This document shows positions 11,301 through 19,545 of a stretch of DNA of 35,086 bases, in pieces. How positions within the stretch are numbered: position 1 is the stretch's first letter; the number at the start of each line of letters is the position of its first letter. Where the stretch lies: NCBI GenBank assembly GCA_001275005.1, contig JWZX01003160.1:1-35086 (forward strand), written 5' to 3'. Position numbers and translations under genes: made by a program. Under the pieces are notes generated by a model. The model searched no databases. It was not told the DNA's origin and saw only the letters and a list, made by a program, of their open reading frames with translations. The stretch comes from Chrysochromulina tobinii. Taxonomy: Eukaryota.

Positions 11301-13080
11301 ACCCGTGGCAGGCGGCGGCGCCATGACCGGCGATCCGATGGCGATCATCAAGGGCTGGCCTGACAAGAAAAAGGAGTGTCTGGTGAGGCGCTTGAGTCGC
11401 TACCACCTGCTGTTCAAGAAGGTGGAGGAGCTCGAGAAGCCGCCGAAGCCGTCGAGCGCGCCGACCCCGCACGACAACGAACGCGGTGGGCTCGACGGGT
11501 TCCGGGTGCTCTCCCTTGCTATGCGACAGCAACCGGTAGATGAGCTCTTCCACTACGCCGCCTATTATTGGCTCCTGTACGGACAGCGGGCCGACATGTT
11601 GCTTCTGCTGGCTCAGGAGAAGAGCTCTCCGTACCTCGAGCGTTTCGTCTTCGATATGCAGCGTTTCAAAGTGAGGACTACGACAGAGCCCGATCTTCGT
11701 CAAGAGCACCGCGAGCTCCTGCACGCCCTTGTTCGCGCGCACGAGGTGTGGAGCCGCTTCGTCTTCGTCTCATCGCAGGAATCCTTCGCCACACTCGACA
11801 AGCTCATGGAGAGCTCGCCCGATGACTCGAAGTGGCAACATGTGGAAGAGGAGCTCGACTCGGGCGAGCTGCTGCCGAGGTTGTATGCCCGCCAGGAGAG
11901 ACTTCTCGAAGCAGCGATGGCCTTCGCAGAGCTCGCCGAGCGGCCCGACTCGGCTGCACCCCAGCCGCCCGCGCCAACCGCGCCCGGGCTCGCTCCCGCG
12001 CCAACGAACCCACCGCCAGCCCCGAGCGCTAACCAGCTGGAGCAGCGCCGTCGGCACGTCGAGAAGCGCGTTTTTTATATGAATCGGGCGCTGTCCTATG
12101 CGCCGAAGGGCGGGTTGGGCGCGGACGAGCGCCGCTCGCTAGAGGACAATCTGCAGCGCGGGAAGCTGCAGATTGACGTGGCGAAGTGGCTTGAAGCACT
12201 CCTGCTGAGCCACGCGGACGTGGAGCTCGAAAGATTGCGGCCGCACACATTGGACGACCGCACTGGAGCTCCACGGGACAAGGAGGAGCTGCGTCAGGCG
12301 ATTGTTCACTTCCACGCGCAGGTGTGCGGCCGGCTGCTCGACATCATCGCGCTCTTCAAGGGCGCGTGGGCAGCTCGCCTCTGGCGGCCGTCGCTGGCAA
12401 TCCTTGACTTTTCGCGCCCGTACCGCGAGTACCCGCAGTTGATTACGAGTGCTCTGCAGGAAATACTCGGCCAGCCGCCGAGTGTCTGGGCGCTGCCCGC
12501 CGTCGACGCCCGCGCCGCCTTTCGCGAGCGCGACGAGCTGCTGCGCGAGGTGGTGGAGCTTCGAAAGCACTTTCCGAATGAATATGCCTTCCAGGCCGAC
12601 GCGGTGATTGCGTGCCTCGAGGCTCACGAGCTAGCCCGCCCAGACCAGGCGAAGCCAGGCGAAGTTGTGAAGATGTTCTGCGCGGGCCGCGCGGGCGTGC
12701 AGCCGCCCGTGTGGCCGCAAGTGCCATGGCCCGTTCTGTACCAGTGCTATGGCTCGCCGGAGCGGTGCGGACCTCTCATGCAGAAGCTCTGGGCGGGGAG
12801 CCGGCGCAACCTCGGCCAAGGAGTGAGGCAGAGTGACGCAGAGGCTCGAGTGACGCAGAGACTCCACCTCATCGGTGGGTTAGTGGAGCTGTTGAGCCGT
12901 TGGAGGGAAGCCGCGCGCGTGGAGTTCATGGCCGCGCAGCGCCAGCTGGGGATCGCCTCCGACTTGGAACGGCTGATGACCGAGCTGGACGGCATCCTCT
13001 CGGCGAACTCGGGAACGTTCCCGAGCGCTCAGGACCTGAGACGTCGAGTCACCGAGCTCCACCATTCCCTCGGCCGCTAG
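8306..13080 (+). CDS. NUP155: Nucleoporin Nup155/Nup170 family; exons 8306-9933 and 10014-13080
   Basis: GLFPQIHRAWMTIDHVLYLWDY, GRIFMAGADGFVYELTY, RYGPDEACAMCL, YSGRHGGLCRVLARLLQPYW and DELFHYAAYYWL match Nup155/170. An 80-nt GT..CAG intron restores the frame (CG|A). Confidence 0.92.
9934..10013 (+). other. Spliceosomal intron (80 nt) made of an exon duplication plus a cassette
   Basis: gtacgg...ccccacag; removal joins ORFs 8282..10300 and 9952..13080 in frame. Confidence 0.88.
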
Positions 13081-13121
13081 TGACACACGCTTGGGACACA
13101 CGCTTGTGACACACGGCCATT

Positions 13122-13212
13122 CTGGACGGCGCGCCGGAGGGGACGAGAGGGGCAGCAGGCATGTGCTCGCCACTATGCTCTCTCCCCACTGGACGGCGCG
13201 CCGGATGGGACG
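13122..13212 (+). repeat. 24-bp direct repeat around a degenerate GCATG-TGCTC-CCAC cassette, just 3' of Nup155
   Basis: ctggacggcgcgccgga(g/t)gggacg at 13122-13145 and 13189-13212; filler includes gcatgtgctcgccactatgctctctcccca. Confidence 0.8.
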
Positions 13213-13242
13213 GCGCGCTAAAGCGGCCGGCGCGGCGCGAAA

Positions 13243-13290
13243 GTGCTGAATTCGGCTCTGTGCTGAATTTGGGACTGTGCTGAATTTGGA
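13243..13290. repeat. Three 17-bp-period repeats of gtgctgaatt
   Basis: gtgctgaatt at 13243, 13260 and 13277. Confidence 0.8.
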
Positions 13291-14338
13291 AATGTAAGTG
13301 CCGCAGAGGCGCATGCGGGAGACGAGGACGGTGGCGGCGGCGACGCTGATGCGGCCATAGTATTGAGGGTATTGGAGGTGGCGCGCCGTTGTGAGCGCGG
13401 AGCCCACGAGGGAGCTGGGGCACGTGCGATGACGACGCTACTCTCGAGAGCGGCTCAGCTCACAGCTGGACGCTGCGGGTCGGGTGGCGAGCGTGACTTT
13501 GTGGCAGAGCTACTTTGGAGGACGCCGCGGCGGCTCCTGTGCGGTCGAGCGCAGATCGGGACGGACACGATATCCCAGCGGCAGCGGCTGCGGGGCGGAG
13601 AACAGAATCCAGGTGTGTGCGTTCGGCCATTCTTGGTTCATGTCGTTGCGGTTCATCTTGTGTGTTTTGTGTGTCATTGCACATTGCGGTGCGCGAGCAA
13701 GCGCGCCGGTCCGTCGGTCCGGTTGTTCCGTTATCGGTGGTGTCGGTGCTTAGTCGGTGCCGCCACATACGTATGGTTTACCATTATGGTATTGAAAGGA
13801 AGGAAAGGAAAGTGGAAAGGCTGAGACACATCCGCGGTGCACGTTCTCAGATAAATTATCATTTGAGATTTCGTACCATGAATTTGAGGACACACACATC
13901 CACACAGACACACCGCATCACCGGGGCCACGGCCAGCACGGTCCACCGCAGATAGGTGTTCGCAGCGGCGCCACCTAAGTTTAGGGGCGAGTCGTGAGTC
14001 GACGTGTCCACCAGGATATAACTCGAGTAACGCGAGTATGATGTATGTTACTTTCCGGCGTTGTGTGAGATGTGAGCGGGTGGCTGGTGTGGCGCGTGGA
14101 AAATTTGCAAGGTCCTGTCCTCATGTGAATTGCGGAGGTTCTCGTTTTCCAGTGGAATTCGATGCCTTGATTCGATGAAGCGAGTTCCGTCATTGAGCGT
14201 TTGTGTTTCACAGCCAATGTTTATAATTCGACACCCAAGACACCGGACCTGCGTACCAGTACATACCGGTACGTGTGCGGTTACATCGTTTCACTATCGT
14301 TTCACAGCAGCAAGCCGGAGTGTGGTCTAGAAAAAAAG

Positions 14339-15535
14339 ATGCTCGCTCGCGCCTGCAGCTCGCGCCCCGCGAAGCTGCACTACTTTCGCGGTCGCGGGCG
14401 CTCGCAGCTGTCGCGGTGGGCGCTGTTGGTCGGGATCATCATCTTTGCACGGAGGAGGAAGATCCGCGTGCTGGCAGCAATAGCAGCGGCAGCGGCGCTA
14501 GTAGCTGGTGGGGTGTACTATCACCGACTGAGAGCGGCGCTCGCAGCACTCGTGGCCACCAACCGAGATCTTGCCGTGCAATATCACCGACTTAGTGCAG
14601 AACTCGCGACACTCACGACCACATGCCGATATCTTGCAAGATATTACCACCAGATGAAAGCAGCAGTGGCGACGCTTGCGACCGCAAACCGAGCACTTAC
14701 CATCGAGGCCGAGAGCGTGGTCAGAGCCCAGCCTCTCCTAGGTCGCGTTGCGCTCGTCACGGGTGCGGGCGCTGGGATTGGACAAGGTGTGGCAGTGGCG
14801 CTTGCGAGCGCGGGCGCAGTTCTGGTGCTCAGTGACATTTCGCAAGCGGCTGCGAACGAGACTGCCGCGCACTGCAGGGCGATCGGCGCAAAGAGCGTGA
14901 GCGTCGTCGTTGCAGATGTGTTCGACGACGAGAAAGCGGGCAGGCTCATCGTCGAACACGCCATCTCACAGCACGGAAGGCTGGACTGCGTCGTGACAAA
15001 CGCAACCTGCTGGTCGAGCAGGTCATTGAGCGCACGTGCGTCGCTAGTCGAGCAAGACGCGAAGGAGACGATGCGGAGCATTGAAGCCAACCAGCTCGGA
15101 ACACTGCATACGCTGCAAGCCGCTGCCGAGGCGATGCAACTTCAGGAGCCGCTCGATGGGAGTGAGAGCCGAGGGAAGATGGTGATCATCTCCTCGATCA
15201 TGGGTCTGCCCATGCTCTCCAAGCAGGCGGCTTCATACTCGATGAGTAAGGCCGCCATTAGCCACCTCGGCGCGTGCCTCGCTTCACAGCTGATCGACGA
15301 GCGCATCAACGTCAACACAGTCAACACAGTTTGCCCAGGCTGGCTTGACGCATCGGAGGCGGACATTGCTCGACTTGGGGCACAGATGCCATGGAGGCGA
15401 CTCGGCAAGCCTTCCGAGATAGGGAAGGCTGTCGTCTTCCTGTGCAGCGAGGATGCCACGTACATCACGGGTAGCACGCTAGTGGTTGACGGGGGCTACA
15501 CAGTGAGCAACAGGCTTTCGTGTGGCGGCGCGTAA
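14339..15535 (+). CDS. Classical short-chain dehydrogenase/reductase with N-terminal hydrophobic segments and 21-aa repeats
   Basis: VALVTGAGAGIG, GRLDCVVTNA, ISS, catalytic YSMSK, VCPG, RLGKPSEIG and YITGSTLVVDGG. First plausible ATG at 14339. Confidence 0.88.
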   Translation: MLARACSSRPAKLHYFRGRGRSQLSRWALLVGIIIFARRRKIRVLAAIAAAAALVAGGVYYHRLRAALAALVATNRDLAVQYHRLSAELATLTTTCRYLARYYHQMKAAVATLATANRALTIEAESVVRAQPLLGRVALVTGAGAGIGQGVAVALASAGAVLVLSDISQAAANETAAHCRAIGAKSVSVVVADVFDDEKAGRLIVEHAISQHGRLDCVVTNATCWSSRSLSARASLVEQDAKETMRSIEANQLGTLHTLQAAAEAMQLQEPLDGSESRGKMVIISSIMGLPMLSKQAASYSMSKAAISHLGACLASQLIDERINVNTVNTVCPGWLDASEADIARLGAQMPWRRLGKPSEIGKAVVFLCSEDATYITGSTLVVDGGYTVSNRLSCGGA

Positions 15536-15765
15536 CATAAAGTAGCGCTCCCGGTCAGCACTCAGGGTCGAGGGTCCTCAGTCCTGTCACGTCAGGTTTT
15601 TTGGCGTTTTGCTCAACGGGCCCGCGCACTCGCACAGCTCACCGGCTCAGCGGCTCTCACGGCAGCGGAGAGGAGTGGGCATAAACTTTTGGTAGGAATG
15701 CAGAGGTTTCGAGGCAAATTGCCGCTTTTTTTCACAAATTTCATTTCCACGGGCGCCACCCTGCC

Positions 15766-17982
15766 ATGCGCAGGAGCAGCTCACCCGTCATGAAATGCGA
15801 GGTGGATGCGGCGCGTCGGGAGACGATTGGCACTCCGCGCCGCCACCGCTCGCGCATCGGTGTCGACGCGGGCACACCGCCGACTCCTGTTCCGATGGCA
15901 TTGCCCTTGCCGCCTGCAGAGCCGTCCACGCCGGCAAATGAAGGCGTTGCGTGCACGCCTCACCGGCCGCCGGGAGAGCCCACCAGCGCCAATCGACCAC
16001 CTCCCCCGCACGCACGGCCCCAAAGGCACTCCTCGCGCACGGCCGCGGCAACGGCGGAGGCCACGGCGCGCGCCTCACGCATCTGCGTCGGACTCATGCG
16101 CATCATCCAGCAGGGGACAGAGCTGCAGCGATGGGTGGACAGCGCCGAGGGTGTCCAGTGCCCGCTCGATCAGCTGGAGAGAATCGTGAGTGCGCTACAG
16201 CTCGCCGAGGACGCGCTCTCGCGCCTGCGCGCATGCATCGAAGGCGCTTCCCAGCGGGAGAATGTGTGCGCCGCACTCCTGCGACAGGCAGACAAGACGA
16301 ACGCTCTAAACGAGGCGTACGAGCTGGGCAGCAGGCGCACCCCCGCGCTGACCATGCTGCTGCACAACCTCCTCACGTCCATCTCGGCCACCGCCTGCGC
16401 GTGCGTCAAGCAGCTCAGGCCGGCGCCCTCGCCGGCGTGCTTGGTGCAGCTGGACGACGGGACGGAGGAGGCGCTTCGGCAAGCAGAGCTCGAGCTGAGC
16501 CGTGCGTGCGGCACCGACGGGTGCCTGCCCGAGCCAGCGGAGGGCGCGGCGCCCTCCGACGGTCCCCTGCGCCCCTGGTCGGCGGCGAGCTCGGCGGCGG
16601 ACGCGTCGGTGGATGCGTCGGCGGCGTCGTCCTCGGGGTCTTCGTCCTCGACGGCGGCCTCGGCCTCTGTGACATGGCAGTCGACCTCTCGAAGCTCCAA
16701 GTGGCAGACTACGACAATCGAGACCCTCGAGTGGGAGGCGTGCGTGGCAAGCTGCACGCCGCAGCAGCAGTGCGACTCGCCGGTGCCTCGCTCGCCGCGT
16801 CCGCCCTCATCAAGCGCGTACCGCGCGCGTGCAGAGGCCGCTGCCCTAGCTGCCCGCGTACCCCTGCGGCGCGTGATGCATCAGCAGCATCGTGACTCGC
16901 CGCCGCCCTACGGGCTGGGCGCCGAGAACCACGAGCCCGCCTCCGCGAGTGGAAGTGCTCCGAACAGCGCCTCGGCCGGGCGGCCCTTTTCGAGCCCGCT
17001 CCCCTTGGCGGACTTGGGCGCTCGTCTGGGCGCGGGCGTGCTTGAGCGCCTGGCGGCGGTTGCGCCGCCGCCGCCGCCGCCGCCCACGGACGCGCTCGGC
17101 GCGTCGCAGCCGCCGCCAGGCGACACCTCCACGGCGCGCCCACCCAGCTCTTGTAGCCGACGATGCGCTTCCTATGCCCCACAGCCGCCGCCTGCCGAGG
17201 CCGATCCGCTCGGGGCGGCGCGCCACGGCACGCCACGCACGCGACCCGAAACGCCAGCCGGCGACGGCTGGCGTGTGCCCGTGCGCCCCGAGACGCCAGC
17301 CGGCGACGGCTGGCGTGTGCCCGTGCGACCCGAGACGCCGGCGGCCGGCACGACTTGCGCTGCGCCCTTGGCGGTGCCGCGGCCCATTGCGGCTATCGCC
17401 GGTCCTGATGGCATTCGACCGGCCTCAGCCTACGAGCGGAGGCCCTCGTTCGGCAATCTGGAGCCGCTGCGCGATCCGCCAGCGTGCCCCCCTCTCGAGC
17501 TCTGCTTCGCCTCCCTGGCCGACCGGCCCGATCTCGAGGAGGACTCGCTGAGCGATCGAAGCTTCGAAGCTGCCTTTGGCGACAAGGGTGGCGGCCTTGG
17601 CGGGCTGGGCGGCGGCCCTGGAAGCTTCGGCCGCCCCCGTCGTCTCGAATTCCTCTCGCGCCCGGGCTCAGCGGCGTCGCTGCGGGGGGCACCGCCACCG
17701 CTCCTCTCGCCCAGCTCCGCGTCCTCAGCCGCCTCGTCCTCGCCTACCTCGCTCACTCCGAGCACGTCGCTCACGCCTCTCTCGAACACCTACAGCCCCT
17801 CGCCGCTCGCCGCCTCGATCGATGCGGCCATGCGGGCAGCCAACTCGGCGCGCAGCTCGGCGGTCAGTGACGCCTCCAGGCCAAGCAGTGAATCGCCGGT
17901 GGCGTTGCCGCACAGGCCGCACTCGCCGCCTCCGCTGAGCCGCTGGCCGACCTCTCTGGCGGCCGCCGAGGGCGATTCTTGA
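15766..17982 (+). CDS. Hypothetical Pro/Ser/Ala-rich protein with a helical N-terminal region
   Basis: 738-codon ORF with GC-rich third positions; no recognised domain; contains a 14-aa tandem repeat. Confidence 0.6.
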   Translation: MRRSSSPVMKCEVDAARRETIGTPRRHRSRIGVDAGTPPTPVPMALPLPPAEPSTPANEGVACTPHRPPGEPTSANRPPPPHARPQRHSSRTAAATAEATARASRICVGLMRIIQQGTELQRWVDSAEGVQCPLDQLERIVSALQLAEDALSRLRACIEGASQRENVCAALLRQADKTNALNEAYELGSRRTPALTMLLHNLLTSISATACACVKQLRPAPSPACLVQLDDGTEEALRQAELELSRACGTDGCLPEPAEGAAPSDGPLRPWSAASSAADASVDASAASSSGSSSSTAASASVTWQSTSRSSKWQTTTIETLEWEACVASCTPQQQCDSPVPRSPRPPSSSAYRARAEAAALAARVPLRRVMHQQHRDSPPPYGLGAENHEPASASGSAPNSASAGRPFSSPLPLADLGARLGAGVLERLAAVAPPPPPPPTDALGASQPPPGDTSTARPPSSCSRRCASYAPQPPPAEADPLGAARHGTPRTRPETPAGDGWRVPVRPETPAGDGWRVPVRPETPAAGTTCAAPLAVPRPIAAIAGPDGIRPASAYERRPSFGNLEPLRDPPACPPLELCFASLADRPDLEEDSLSDRSFEAAFGDKGGGLGGLGGGPGSFGRPRRLEFLSRPGSAASLRGAPPPLLSPSSASSAASSSPTSLTPSTSLTPLSNTYSPSPLAASIDAAMRAANSARSSAVSDASRPSSESPVALPHRPHSPPPLSRWPTSLAAAEGDS
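17242..17343 (+). repeat. 42-bp coding tandem repeat (RPETPAGDGWRVPV x2.4)
   Basis: Visible in both DNA and translation. Confidence 0.9.
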
Positions 17983-18055
17983 TGATGGAGGCAATCAGAC
18001 TGATGAGGGAGGCAATCAGCATGCCCAGAGCAGCCGAGGGCGATTCTTGATGATG
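17965..18055. repeat. 23-bp direct repeat spanning the stop codon, flanking a gaggcaatcag-containing filler
   Basis: gccgagggcgattcttgatgatg at 17965-17987 and 18033-18055, with a 45-nt filler. Confidence 0.88.
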
Positions 18056-18744
18056 ATATTCATCGACGAGCCAGTGCCACACCGATTCGTGAGAGTGAGC
18101 GAGGGGTCGCACCGCACACGCACTGCCGCACGCGTGCACATGGCGCGCCCAGGCCCTCCGGCACGCGACTGCGGATTGCCGCTCGCGTTCGGATGAGGCC
18201 GGGGCGTTTCAGATGGAGACCAACAAGGATTCAACGACGGGCGAGGCTCAGCGGAGCGTATGGGTGAAGCTTGTCACCCATAGCTGAACAAGGCTCAGCT
18301 GTACTCAGCTGCATGTCTGCGTATGGGTGACACGGCTGGGATGGGCCGCGACGAGGCACTGGCATTGCGACACGGCCATCGCTTGGAGCGATGCGCCCAT
18401 CGCTTGGCGCAACGCTGGGCGCTCTGCGCTGGAAACTGTCCATGTGCGGGCGTGGTCGTGGTGTGCAGCGAATCGATCTCGGCGGTGAAGCTGAGTGACT
18501 TATCGGGAATGCTGTGCGATGTGTGGATGTGGGCGAGGTGGCGCGGGCGTGTACATGTCGGGTGATGGGGCGGGCGAGCGGCGTGTGGGACCTCTGCCTC
18601 CACCCGTGTGTGGCCCGCGGCGACTACCGCCATCGACACATTTGTGAATTGAGAGACATGTGGGAGTGTCTGGGTACGACGCGTGGCTTCGTGAGTCTAC
18701 GTGTTATATCAGAGGAATATCACATGGGGTCCATGAACGAAGAT

Positions 18745-18993
18745 CTACCTCACAGGGGTGGGCTGCTCTTTATCGTGGATGTCCACTGTGCCTGGCATGT
18801 TGCCTTTGATGCGCTTGCGCATATCGAGTTGTCCACGTTTGCACTCGTAATAGGCGGTGCGAAACTCCTTGCAGCCGGATTCCTCCTTTGTCAAAGTCAT
18901 GCACTCCTTCACTGGACGGCCGTTGAGTACGAGAGGCGAGTCAGCGAGGCACTCAAGGAGTGCGTATTTCTGGTCGGCGCATGAGGAAGCCAT
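18745..18993 (-). CDS. COA5: Cytochrome c oxidase assembly factor COA5/Pet191
   Basis: SSC..LLECLADS..KEC..GCKEFRTAYYECKRGQLDMRKRIKGN is the Pet191/COA5 pattern. Confidence 0.9.
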   Translation of the reverse strand: MASSCADQKYALLECLADSPLVLNGRPVKECMTLTKEESGCKEFRTAYYECKRGQLDMRKRIKGNMPGTVDIHDKEQPTPVR

Positions 18994-19148
18994 GGCACTA
19001 TCGCCGCGACTGCGACAGTTGGAGGACAGCGTGTCAGCAACAGGGTCACGAAAATGATGCTGAGAACTTCAGGCCTTGCGCGCCTCTCTCTGCGTAGCGG
19101 CCCGCTTCGGTCGCCGACGATGCGAGATATCCGGATAACACTTCCGAG

Positions 19149-19229
19149 ACTCATCTCCCCTACTTCCAACTTCCAACTTCTTCACAGGCTCATCTCCCCT
19201 ACTTCCAACTTCCAACTTCTTCACAGGCT
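19149..19229. repeat. Tandem duplication (39-bp period) upstream of COA5
   Basis: ctcatctcccctacttccaacttccaacttcttcacagg occurs twice in tandem. Confidence 0.9.
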
Positions 19230-19545
19230 GTTCACACACTATCATCAGCCCCCAGATCACGCAGGATCAGGTGTGGGGCGTTGGCCTCCATGTGTATAAC
19301 GTTTGGGGGCGTGTTGAGGAGGTAGTCGACGTCCTTCGATGCCGCGGCGACGCGTGCCGCGTGGTCTTTATTAGATTTATTTACAATTTAGGGGGGGCGG
19401 GCCAAGCCCAAGGCCGGGCGGGACCAGCGTGAAGTGTGTGACGATCACAAAGCTCAAAAGCACAAGCTAGGATGCTGTGTGAAGTGCTGTGCGAAGCAAC
19501 TCTGAGGGCTCATCTTCTTCCGCTTCTGAAGAGTTTGAATCCATA

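Noticed and set aside
17864..18139. Minus-strand gene using the antisense cassette as an intron
   Set aside because: No suitable GT donor seen, and the continuing frame stops after about 65 codons antisense to the 738-aa ORF.
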